Origin: an uncultured Candidatus Saccharibacteria bacterium
GTDB taxonomy: Bacteria > Patescibacteriota > Saccharimonadia > Saccharimonadales > CAIOMD01
Assembly: GCA_964566135.1 (NCBI GenBank)
Contig: CAZMHM010000001.1
Coordinates: forward strand, 5,829-69,828
Direction of reading: 5' to 3'
Length of the DNA: 64,000 nucleotides
Part shown: one piece after another, positions 55,465-64,000 of the stretch
Layout: each line of letters opens with the position of its first letter
Numbering within the stretch: the stretch's first letter is position 1
Position numbers and translations under genes: made by a program
The notes under the pieces: model-generated
The model's input: the letters and a program-made list of their open reading frames with translations, nothing else
What the model was told of the DNA's origin: nothing
The model's database searches: none

Positions 55465-56699
55465 TAAGTTTTAGACGTATACATTGTTATGGGTATGTAA
55501 GTATTGAGCAGCTTTGCAACTCTGTCTTGCTGAGCTTGAACGCTTGTATTATTTTGCGAACGCGACATTGGTTCTGCGGCAACATCGAGTGGATATATTT
55601 TTAAGTTCTTGCGGGTCAGTAAATCTTGCGCAGCCTTTTGCGCTGGTGTCCATTCGTAGTGCATATAGGTGGGCATAAAGCCAACCTTTGTAAGTGTTGC
55701 TTTACCATTATCAACTGTAAAGTCCATAACAGCTATGCCACCGATGAGACTTTCAATATCAAGCTGTGTATTTAAAAAGTTACCAAGGCTATACCATACT
55801 AATGTTTCGCCACCACCAGCTTTGGCAAGCTTAGTAACAGGTTGTAAAACGTGGGGGCCTGTACCAATAACAACATCAGCGCCATTGTCGGCTAATAGTT
55901 TGGCCGCATTTTTTTGCATGCTATTTTCACTTGGGCTGTATTCGGTACCCCAGTGCATACTAACAAGTACAACATCGGCATTTTTACGAGCTTCGGCAAC
56001 TTGTGCAGCAGCAAATGACGGTGAATAGATATTTACAGCGTAGCTTGAGTTTGTTCTGATGTTTGAATATTCTGCATAGGCTAAAAATGCAAATTTAACA
56101 CCGTTGACGGTAAAGTAATGAATGGTGTCTTGCTCTGCTTGATTGCGGTTTGAACCAGCGATTGCTTTTTTGTTGAGTTTATCCCAGACGTCGAGTGTGG
56201 CGTTTATGCCTGCCTGGCCTTTATCGAATGCGTGATTGTTGGCGCGATTGATTACATCGCAACCCAACGTATTAATGTCTTTAGCAAATTGTGTGGGGGC
56301 GTTAAAAACAGGGTAGCCTGATATCCCAAACGATTCCCCGGCACTTGTTACTTCTTGATTGCAGAAGTGAATATTGGCAGAGTCAAAGTATTTTTTAACT
56401 TCGCTAAAGAAAGGCATGTAGTCGTAGCTTCCGTCTGCTTTTTTGGCTTGCTGATTAACGCTATCGTGGGGTAATTGATCACCAACAGCAATTAACCGTA
56501 TTGTCGTTGGCGCGGGTTTAGCTTGGGTAGTTTGTGATTTTGTATCTGCGCTAGTGCTTGGTGCCGCTTTTTGTGTAGTTGTAATACTTGCTCCTTGGTT
56601 ATTCTTTGCTGGCTTACGCTGCAACAACATGAATCCACCGACTGCAACTATAGCCACAACTACTGCAATTACTATGATGTGTGTTTTTCTGAGTCTCAT
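55461..56699 (-). CDS. CapA-family (metallophosphatase-fold) protein, membrane-anchored
   Basis: GDQLPHD...NNHAFD...SMHWGTEY motifs. Confidence 0.75.
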   Translation of the reverse strand: MRLRKTHIIVIAVVVAIVAVGGFMLLQRKPAKNNQGASITTTQKAAPSTSADTKSQTTQAKPAPTTIRLIAVGDQLPHDSVNQQAKKADGSYDYMPFFSEVKKYFDSANIHFCNQEVTSAGESFGISGYPVFNAPTQFAKDINTLGCDVINRANNHAFDKGQAGINATLDVWDKLNKKAIAGSNRNQAEQDTIHYFTVNGVKFAFLAYAEYSNIRTNSSYAVNIYSPSFAAAQVAEARKNADVVLVSMHWGTEYSPSENSMQKNAAKLLADNGADVVIGTGPHVLQPVTKLAKAGGGETLVWYSLGNFLNTQLDIESLIGGIAVMDFTVDNGKATLTKVGFMPTYMHYEWTPAQKAAQDLLTRKNLKIYPLDVAAEPMSRSQNNTSVQAQQDRVAKLLNTYIPITMYTSKTY

Positions 56700-56775
56700 A
56701 CTGTTCCTTAGTAATTAGCATAGCACTTTTAGTTTTTGGTTATGCTACATACCTCCGTACTTGTACAATAGATTC

Positions 56776-58308
56776 ATGACACAACAAGAGGCAATGGCCA
56801 TATTAAATGATGGTCAGTCAGTTTTGTTGACTGGGGCAGCGGGTACGGGTAAAACGTATGTGCTAAATCAGTTTGTTCGGCATGCTCGCGCTAATGGCAT
56901 GACTGTCGCAATGACAGCAACAACTGGGTTAGCAGCAACACACCTAAACGGCACGACAATTCATGCTTGGTCTGGGATTGGCGTACATGATGAGCTCCCA
57001 CGTGATCATGTTCTTAAAATGGGCAAACAACGCAAAGATATTATTATTAAAACCGACATTTTAGTTATTGATGAAATCAGCATGTTGCATGATTTTAGAT
57101 TAGATTTGGTTGATGAAATTTGCCGTGCCGTCCGCGAAACAGACAAGCCATTTGGTGGCATACAAGTTATTTTAAGTGGTGATTTCTTTCAGTTACCACC
57201 TGTTAACCGGCAAGATAGTAAACAGGGCAGTTTTGTGACTTCATCGCAGGCCTGGCTCGAGGGTGACTTTACCGTTTGCTATTTGACAGAGCAACATCGA
57301 CAAAAGTCAGACCAGGCCTACACTGACATATTAAACGGTATTAGGGCCGGCGTATTAACACGCCGCCAACTAGCGACCCTACAAGCACGTAGCGGTGCCG
57401 TAACCGATCCATGGGCGGCAGTAACACGTCTACTGACGACAAACATTGATGTAGACACGATTAATATGGGTCACTTAGCTGAGTTAGAGGGCGATAGTTT
57501 TACGTATGATGTCGCAACGAGCGGTAGTAAAAAATATGTCGAACAATTACAGCGTTCATGCTTAGCACCAGAAGTACTTGAGCTCAAAAAAGGTGCGCAT
57601 GTTATGTGTATCAAAAACAGCCTAGAAAAAAAATATGTCAATGGAAGCCTTGGTATTGTAGAGGGTTTCGAAAAACACACTAATTTTCCGATTGTGCGCC
57701 TGACTAATGAAAAACTCATTACAATTAAACCCGACACATGGGAGCTTATTGATGGCGATAAACGGCGGGCCAGTATCTCGCAATTACCACTTCGCTTGGC
57801 GTGGGCTATTACCGTACACAAAAGCCAAGGAATGACACTCGATGCTGCCAGAATCGATTTAAGCAGAGCATTTGTAGAAGGTATGGGATATGTTGCCTTG
57901 TCGCGAGTGCGAAGCCTAGAGCATCTAGCGCTTGATGGTCTTAACGGTATGGCATTACGAGTAAGCCCTCTTGCAAAGCAAATAGATGCCGAGCTTCGTG
58001 AGCGCAGCGATAAAGCGGTTGTGACGTTTGCAAAACAAATAACAGATTGGGCAAATGCAAAAGCACGCGGCGAGCACGAGCTAAAGCCCGAAAAAAAAGC
58101 AGGCAAAGGTTGGGCCGATAAACTAGCAGCTATGCGGCATGACTATCCTAATGCCTACAAGCCTTGGTCGGATGAAGATGATAAGAAGCTTGTTAAAGCG
58201 TTTAGTGATGGAAAAACTATCTCTGAACTAAGTGAGCTACTTGGCAGACATAAAGGTAGTATTAAATTACGGCTCGAAAAGCACCTTGGCGAAGATATAT
58301 TTGCATAA
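56776..58308 (+). CDS. PIF1/RecD-family SF1B DNA helicase with a C-terminal helix-turn-helix-like tail
   Basis: LTGAAGTGKTY (Walker A), VIDEISM, ITVHKSQGMT and YVALSRV. The tail carries WSDEDDKKLVKAFSDGKTISELSELLGRHKGSI. Confidence 0.75.
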   Translation: MTQQEAMAILNDGQSVLLTGAAGTGKTYVLNQFVRHARANGMTVAMTATTGLAATHLNGTTIHAWSGIGVHDELPRDHVLKMGKQRKDIIIKTDILVIDEISMLHDFRLDLVDEICRAVRETDKPFGGIQVILSGDFFQLPPVNRQDSKQGSFVTSSQAWLEGDFTVCYLTEQHRQKSDQAYTDILNGIRAGVLTRRQLATLQARSGAVTDPWAAVTRLLTTNIDVDTINMGHLAELEGDSFTYDVATSGSKKYVEQLQRSCLAPEVLELKKGAHVMCIKNSLEKKYVNGSLGIVEGFEKHTNFPIVRLTNEKLITIKPDTWELIDGDKRRASISQLPLRLAWAITVHKSQGMTLDAARIDLSRAFVEGMGYVALSRVRSLEHLALDGLNGMALRVSPLAKQIDAELRERSDKAVVTFAKQITDWANAKARGEHELKPEKKAGKGWADKLAAMRHDYPNAYKPWSDEDDKKLVKAFSDGKTISELSELLGRHKGSIKLRLEKHLGEDIFA

Positions 58309-58358
58309 TAATTTGTACTAGCATTGAGTGAATCACAAGAAGATAATCATCAGAGAAA

Positions 58359-59087
58359 CTAACCGAGTTTGCGGCGCTGTACAGCAGATAGCTGGGATAC
58401 GGCAAACTCCCAATCATCTCGTGCGAGCAGTGTAACTATTGGGTTGATGACCGAACGATATCGGTCGCCTTCAAAACATTCTTGGTCTACGTAATCTTCA
58501 AGCACCGTGCGATGGAACAAAAACGAAGCAGGTAGGTATAACGGCTCACGGCTGTGATAGCCTCGTTTCGTTGAAAGCTTTCCAGATGGTAACGTGTATG
58601 TGTTCACATAGTCTGCCGCTTTACTTCCGGGTTGTTGTGCGGCCACCCATTTATATAAAAAGTCTGATACTAGCGCACCATTGCTTGTTGATAGTTCTAG
58701 TGACTGCGCACATTCAGCAAAATCTTCTGTAGTATAAAATTCGCCGGTTTCCCTAAAGGCTGCACGTAGTTCCCTGTGATAGGAGCTAAACACTCCCTCT
58801 GCTTGTTTAACGAGAAATACGTGATGCCGAAGCGGCCTTTCAAGCCATTTAAGTGGCTCGGATTCGGTGTCTATGATTCCATCCTCGACGAAAAATTGCG
58901 CATACGTAAGTATTGCTAGCTGATCTACCTCATCTAATTGTCGTGTAGCCTCAGCTGTTTTGTTGATTCTACTTGCACCGTTAACTTGTATCTCTTTAAC
59001 AACACGTAGTAGTGCGTGCGCAGCGGCTAACCCTGATTCATCAAGATTGCTAAGTAGCTCATGTGCTTCGGTTAACGCATTACTCAT
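58359..59087 (-). CDS. Hypothetical protein (242 aa)
   Basis: Long ORF with no recognisable family. Confidence 0.45.
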   Translation of the reverse strand: MSNALTEAHELLSNLDESGLAAAHALLRVVKEIQVNGASRINKTAEATRQLDEVDQLAILTYAQFFVEDGIIDTESEPLKWLERPLRHHVFLVKQAEGVFSSYHRELRAAFRETGEFYTTEDFAECAQSLELSTSNGALVSDFLYKWVAAQQPGSKAADYVNTYTLPSGKLSTKRGYHSREPLYLPASFLFHRTVLEDYVDQECFEGDRYRSVINPIVTLLARDDWEFAVSQLSAVQRRKLG

Positions 59088-59130
59088 TGCAGCCTAGTTT
59101 CTCATGTATACAAGCGTTAAGCACAAACAA

Positions 59131-59454
59131 TTATTGCTCGGATTTTTGCATGTATACCATGCGTCCGCGAGGGTGGTAGTGTGTTGTTCCGTCTTCGTAT
59201 GCAAGTGCGTATGGGCCAACTACGTGTGGTTCGTCACGATGTTTTGCTAGTTCGGTATCAACAAAGTTAGCGCTTTGGCCTGCTACAAATGTATCAGTAG
59301 CACTAAAAGCAGGTGTCGCACCTGCGACTGCTTTATACCCTTCGCTTTCGAGGGCCTCAAGAATAACTGCTAGTTGCGACTCAGAAAGTGTAACTGCACG
59401 TCTCGTATCAGCGTATTGGTCAAGTAGTTCTGGGAGAGTATTCATAATCATCAA
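59131..59454 (-). CDS. Hypothetical protein (107 aa)
   Basis: ORF co-directional with its neighbours. No family recognised. Confidence 0.4.
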   Translation of the reverse strand: MMIMNTLPELLDQYADTRRAVTLSESQLAVILEALESEGYKAVAGATPAFSATDTFVAGQSANFVDTELAKHRDEPHVVGPYALAYEDGTTHYHPRGRMVYMQKSEQ

Positions 59455-59520
59455 TTATCCTCTCGCAGGCGCAAACTGCAAGCATAAGCGTTCATGTAAT
59501 ATGCCTTGATGTGTTTTGAC

Positions 59521-60660
59521 TTAGTCTTTTACAAGGATTTGTTCCCAAAGCGCTGGAGGGGCGAGTGGCGTCGTTGCGGGTGGCCCTTGTATGTGAGATG
59601 CACCAACAACAGGCCAAGCTACTGGGTTAACACTCGCTTGTCTAACAACAATAGATTCAGGAGTAATATTAAATGATGTTAGGTCTTGGGCGATAGTTAC
59701 GGGGCCGTCATATTGCTCACGCATTTCTGCAAAAGCGGGGCCAATTGTGTCGTGGTCTACAGCAAAGTGCCACATTACTGACATCCGGGCTCCAGCACGC
59801 TCAAAAATTTTGCCTGCCATAGTTGGGCTTGTGTGCACGCCATTCACAATCTGTTCGGCAAAGGCAAGCGGCACGCTGGCCTTTTGTGCGTATGTACTCA
59901 CAGATGGGAACACCTCATGGATGAGTAAATCGGCACCAGTAGCAGCATCGATTACTGTTGTGCAGGGCCTTGTATCGCCCGAAAAAACTACGCTTTGGCC
60001 TGCATACTCTAGTTTGTAGCCAACCGCCCCAAAGTGGAGGTGAATAACAGGGAACGAAGTAATTTTTACTCCGTTTCTTTCATAAATAACTTTCGTTTCG
60101 TCATATGGTACTTCAGTGGTAACCATATGCGCACCGGTCTGCCCCGGATGCCCGCACATAGATTCAGTGTCCCATGCGAAAGACTGCTCAAGGTGCTTTG
60201 TAAAATGGGCTGTGCCGTACTGCTCGTCATTGCTAGCTGGCCCCCAAACTTCAACTGGGTCACGGCGGCCACTTTTTGCGGTGCTCCAAATTAGTGTGGG
60301 CATATCACCGACGTGATCTGCATGTAAATGTGTAATAAATACCTTTGTAGTCGAAGTTACCGGCAATTGCAGGCTATTAAAGTTCGCAATCGATCCCGAG
60401 CCAACATCAAAAAAGAACATATCCTTTTCATCATTGCCAACTTCAATAAGTATCGATGCAGAGGCCTGCCCAATTTTCACAAACGGGTCACCGCTACCTA
60501 ACACTGTTACCCGTATTTCGTCTGTGGCAAGCACTTCAGAATTATGATTAAGCGTTTCTGGGTATTCTTTCTTTGGTTCGCCAACCATCGTAGCAGAGGT
60601 AAGCGGCTGTAAACTCCCTTCGATGGCAAGCTTCGTCGTCTCGTTAATCGCTGTACTCAT
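59521..60660 (-). CDS. MBL-fold metallo-hydrolase (RNase Z/arylsulfatase-like branch)
   Basis: THLHADHVGD motif. The ATG at 60660 has a GGAGG ribosome-binding site 5 nt upstream. Confidence 0.7.
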   Translation of the reverse strand: MSTAINETTKLAIEGSLQPLTSATMVGEPKKEYPETLNHNSEVLATDEIRVTVLGSGDPFVKIGQASASILIEVGNDEKDMFFFDVGSGSIANFNSLQLPVTSTTKVFITHLHADHVGDMPTLIWSTAKSGRRDPVEVWGPASNDEQYGTAHFTKHLEQSFAWDTESMCGHPGQTGAHMVTTEVPYDETKVIYERNGVKITSFPVIHLHFGAVGYKLEYAGQSVVFSGDTRPCTTVIDAATGADLLIHEVFPSVSTYAQKASVPLAFAEQIVNGVHTSPTMAGKIFERAGARMSVMWHFAVDHDTIGPAFAEMREQYDGPVTIAQDLTSFNITPESIVVRQASVNPVAWPVVGASHIQGPPATTPLAPPALWEQILVKD

Positions 60661-60739
60661 ATAGACCTCCATTACTTATCTTCTTCATATTTAATTATAT
60701 TCCTCGATGTCAAAGTAATTGAGATATATCTATGATTTA

Positions 60740-61762
60740 TCAGCTGTCAGCGAGTTTGTCTTTACTTCTTATACTGAACTTAGCCAAGACATTTTTTCGT
60801 AGGCTCCAGAAGTAGTAGTATCCAGGTAAAATTGGCAGCCAATAACTAATTAACCTGTATAGCAAAGTTATGCTAATTGCGCTGGTATTTTCTACGCCAA
60901 CTATCGTTAGGCCTGCGTATATTCCTGCTTCTGCTGCCCCAAGACCTCCCGGCGTAGGTACCAAACCAGCCGCTATATTTCCGAGAGTATAGGCGATGAG
61001 TGCTTCTGGCATGGTTAAATCTACTCCAAGCGCGTGCGCACTCGCATATAACGCAAACAAACTTGTTGCAGAACCGATGCCGTTTAATAGTATGCCCATG
61101 ATTATCGCACGCGGGTTATGCCGGTAGGCGGTTAAATTATTTTTAATTTCACTAAAAGACTTTTTAATCTTCTGGTTAAATTTAGGCATTTTAAAAATGA
61201 TATACCCAGCAACAGTGAATCCAATGAGTATTAATAGCAGCAAGCCTATTGGCAAAGTGGTGCTTTTTAGGTCAATAGAACCAAAGCTAAAATTACCCGC
61301 TATTAGAGCAAAAATAAATAAAAATACATATGCAATGCCACTTGTCAGAGCGTTCATTGCCATAACTGTAGAGCCTTGTATAACGGTATGTTTTTGCTGT
61401 ACTAAGTAATATAAATTTAAGCTAAACGTGCCTAGACTGCTAGGCAGTAACTTGCTGACAAATAGCCCAGCCATTTCTACCCTAAATGTTAGCCAAAACC
61501 GTAACGGTTTTAGAGCAATTTCTAGGTATTGCCACGCTAAAATCGGTAGTCCTGAAAAGAATACTACTACACCGGCAATTACCCATACTGGGTCAGCACC
61601 CTGCAGTGATTTTATGCTTTCTTTTAAATTGTCAATTTGCGGAATAAATACCTTTAAAGCAAGTACAACAATTATTATTAAAACAATAATAGACTTTTGT
61701 TCTTTTATAAATTTCCAGATATTTTGCAGCAAGCCTGCCTTGTTTTCTGTATCAAGTTTCAT
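60740..61762 (-). CDS. Flippase-like (UPF0104 / LPG-synthase TM-domain family) membrane protein
   Basis: About 8 TM helices. The C-terminal motif PTPGGLGAAEAG is typical of the family. Confidence 0.55.
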   Translation of the reverse strand: MKLDTENKAGLLQNIWKFIKEQKSIIVLIIIVVLALKVFIPQIDNLKESIKSLQGADPVWVIAGVVVFFSGLPILAWQYLEIALKPLRFWLTFRVEMAGLFVSKLLPSSLGTFSLNLYYLVQQKHTVIQGSTVMAMNALTSGIAYVFLFIFALIAGNFSFGSIDLKSTTLPIGLLLLILIGFTVAGYIIFKMPKFNQKIKKSFSEIKNNLTAYRHNPRAIIMGILLNGIGSATSLFALYASAHALGVDLTMPEALIAYTLGNIAAGLVPTPGGLGAAEAGIYAGLTIVGVENTSAISITLLYRLISYWLPILPGYYYFWSLRKNVLAKFSIRSKDKLADS

Positions 61763-61766
61763 TGCT

Positions 61767-62831
61767 TTATTCGCTAACGGGTTTTGGTATTAGCTTATTG
61801 TGACGGCTCCATGTGTAGTATGCGATACCACCAACAGGCAGTGGTAATAGCCAGGTGTATATTCTGTAAACAAATAGCGCACTTGCAAAAGCCGCTTGTA
61901 CTTCTGGGCTTGGAAACGGTATAAAGGTCAACAAAATAGTTTCCGTAACACCAATACCGCCAGGCGTAATCGGAAAAGCATTAAGAAACAACATGCAGCC
62001 AGTAATAAACAGAATATACGCATTACTCATAGCACTAGAATCTATGCCACAAAATCTTGAGGCTAAAAGTAAGACCAAGTAGCTAGCTAAACCCCAGGCA
62101 ACATTCGATACAGCAATTGATTTAAAATGATCAACCGCAACAGTTCTAGTTTTTGCCCCAAAATCTACAATTTTTGCCTCGATACTATTATTTGGAGATT
62201 TTCGGATTATTTTTAAAAATGCATTAGAAATTTTCTGGATGATTAATCCAACTTTTTTGGCAGTTTTTGTACTTTCTAATATGAGCTTCATAACCCAAAC
62301 GGCAATCACAAATACAAGCATTCCAACTATAAACCAAGCCACGTACGTAGTTGTACCTTGGCCGCTAATAATCAGTGCCGCCAGGCCCATTATTGGTATT
62401 GCAACCACTGTAAAATATCTAGAAATACCGGCAACGCCAACAGCTACCGTAGACTTATCTACAGAAAACCCGTAACTTTTGTACATACTAAATCGAATGA
62501 TTAAATCAGCCGGTACGGGTAGCACTACAGAAGTTAGTTGGCCCGATGCAGCTGATTGGATTCCTTTTGGCAAGGACAATCCGGGTAGTACTGTTGCTGA
62601 TGTCCAACCATAAACTGCGATTACAAGTAAACCACACAATAGTAATAGTATATTTTGGGCAAGCGAGAGTGCAGATATGGTTGCCCAAATATCCGCATAG
62701 CTAACCTGCGAAGGAATGAATACCGCAAATATCCAATACATAAGTAGAATTGGAATCAAAAAGAATACAATTTTAAGTACTCTGTGTTTCAGTGTTGTTT
62801 TAGGCTTGAGCCGCTTTGATTTATTTACCAT
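61767..62831 (-). CDS. Flippase-like (UPF0104 family) membrane protein, tandem paralog
   Basis: About 8 TM helices with the ITPGGIGVTE motif. Lies 4 nt from the downstream paralog. Confidence 0.55.
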   Translation of the reverse strand: MVNKSKRLKPKTTLKHRVLKIVFFLIPILLMYWIFAVFIPSQVSYADIWATISALSLAQNILLLLCGLLVIAVYGWTSATVLPGLSLPKGIQSAASGQLTSVVLPVPADLIIRFSMYKSYGFSVDKSTVAVGVAGISRYFTVVAIPIMGLAALIISGQGTTTYVAWFIVGMLVFVIAVWVMKLILESTKTAKKVGLIIQKISNAFLKIIRKSPNNSIEAKIVDFGAKTRTVAVDHFKSIAVSNVAWGLASYLVLLLASRFCGIDSSAMSNAYILFITGCMLFLNAFPITPGGIGVTETILLTFIPFPSPEVQAAFASALFVYRIYTWLLPLPVGGIAYYTWSRHNKLIPKPVSE

Positions 62832-62887
62832 AAACTACTCACTCGTATATCTTTATATCGTAGCATTAAAACCTGGAATAATTTTTA

Positions 62888-62915
62888 AAAAGACTCAGGC
62901 ATGCTGAGTCGTTTT
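62888..62915 (-). terminator. Hairpin terminator downstream of tRNA-Trp
   Basis: GACTCAG-gcatg-CTGAGTC (62891-62909) with A/T runs on both sides. Confidence 0.55.
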
Positions 62916-62919
62916 AAAT

Positions 62920-62995
62920 TGGCAGGGGAGACAGGACTTGAACCTGCGACACCTGGTTTTGGAGACCAGTGCTCTACCAACTGAGCTACTCCCCT
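62920..62995 (-). tRNA. tRNA-Trp (anticodon CCA), CCA end encoded
   Basis: Reverse complement folds with acceptor AGGGGAG/CTCCCCT, anticodon stem CTGGT/ACCAG with loop CTCCAAA, T-arm GCAGG-TTCAAGT-CCTGT. Confidence 0.9.
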
Positions 62996-63047
62996 ATATG
63001 TAGCCAGCCTTTATCTTACGAAAAACTCGCTTAAATTACCATATCTG

Positions 63048-63899
63048 CTAGCCGAATAGTCGCAGTGTAACAATAACCACCATTACCAGCGGTACGAGCA
63101 GTATATACGCAAAAAATATCTTGCGGAGTACTTTTGGCCGTGTATCAAACAGCGCGTACATCGCGCCAGCTATACATACAGCTATATAGGCAAGCACGAC
63201 CGACTTTTGTATAGAGACTGTTTTACCGCCCCACAGTAGGAGCGCACTGACAGTAAACCCAATAATAGAGAATACCGTGGTTGCAATAGTGCCAAATTTT
63301 ACTGCGATTGTGCCATCTCCGGCTTGTTTATCAGCATCGAAATCTTGCAGAGCACCAAAGGCGTGTACGGCAGCCGAAAATAAAAAGATTGCGGCGAGTA
63401 TTGCTGTGTTAGGTATTACCAGTGATGCCGAACTCGCCCAATAGCCTGCTAAAAATATACTCACTACGCCGAGCCCATTAACAACTGAATCCGCAATTGG
63501 CACAACTTTAAGCCGAAATGGCGGCGCAGAATACATGTACCCTAGTGCAAACAGTAAGGCAGTCATTGCGAGCACGCCAACTGTGCACCAAATAAGCACC
63601 ACCAATAAGCTTATTGCCGTGATTATGACCATAGCAGTGACAAGTGGCCTTACTTCTTTTTTTGTTACTACAGCGCCATCAACAGAGCCCTTGCGTGCAT
63701 TTTTAGCATCCGATTCCATATCGGCAATGTCATTTATGCCAAATATAACCAGGCATATCGGGAATGTCATTATGAGCGCACTTATAGCCACCGGTACATT
63801 GAACGAATTACCGGCATATACAAATCCACCGACAAACACCGTTAGCGAAGGTAAATAGAATATCGGCCTACTGATTGTCAGAAGTCTTTTTATTGTCAT
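63048..63899 (-). CDS. UbiA-family prenyltransferase
   Basis: Multi-TM protein with NDIADMESD (NDxxDxxxD) and a second Asp-rich motif, DFDADKQAGD. The ATG at 63899 is preferred over 63938. Confidence 0.75.
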   Translation of the reverse strand: MTIKRLLTISRPIFYLPSLTVFVGGFVYAGNSFNVPVAISALIMTFPICLVIFGINDIADMESDAKNARKGSVDGAVVTKKEVRPLVTAMVIITAISLLVVLIWCTVGVLAMTALLFALGYMYSAPPFRLKVVPIADSVVNGLGVVSIFLAGYWASSASLVIPNTAILAAIFLFSAAVHAFGALQDFDADKQAGDGTIAVKFGTIATTVFSIIGFTVSALLLWGGKTVSIQKSVVLAYIAVCIAGAMYALFDTRPKVLRKIFFAYILLVPLVMVVIVTLRLFG

Positions 63900-64000
63900 T
63901 ACTGCATGTAAATATACGCTACATTTTGCGAGTGCCACAATATCATCATGCTCATGCTTGCATTATTTGTAACTTCAGTACAAAATTTGCAAAGAGAATT

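Overview
The window reads as chromosomal DNA from a small-genome, moderately AT-rich bacterium. Tightly packed short genes, an r-protein operon with no L30 gene, Lys/Ala-rich r-protein tails and a sparse metabolism suggest a Patescibacteria/CPR organism, possibly Saccharibacteria-like; this is inference only. The backbone is a long r-protein cluster from rplC to rplO, then a CYTH gene, secY, infA, rpmJ through rpoA, and rplQ-rplM-rpsI (19.0-34.2 kb). Housekeeping genes include pyrG, trpS, typA, a holB-like gene, rsmB-like and rluD-like genes, a GuaB1-type IMPDH relative and rpmG. There are four tRNAs (Thr-UGU, Tyr-GUA, Thr-GGU, Trp-CCA), an alpha-glucan cluster (GT, GH57, GH15) and cell-envelope genes. 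The most unusual locus is at 16.6-18.7 kb. A sigma70-like promoter drives a roughly 450-nt, very GC-rich RNA whose ends pair, followed directly by a compact retron-type reverse transcriptase. A GC-rich 141-aa orphan gene with a U-less GC hairpin lies convergent to it, and the whole module sits where rpsJ would be expected. Other accessory signals are listed here:
- A second roughly 500-nt GC-rich unit running from promoter to terminator (36.7-37.2 kb) that I could not assign to an RNA family.
- Tandem structured repeat units carrying copies of the tRNA-Tyr 3' end.
- A 2.3-kb islet bounded by a 55-nt tRNA-Thr direct repeat, carrying DUF3800, DUF1508 and a membrane protein.
- An AT-rich single-gene OLD-type ATPase-TOPRIM after the r-protein operon.
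No CRISPR array, rRNA gene, transposase or integrase was seen. All family calls come from reading the translations by eye; no searches or folding programs were run.
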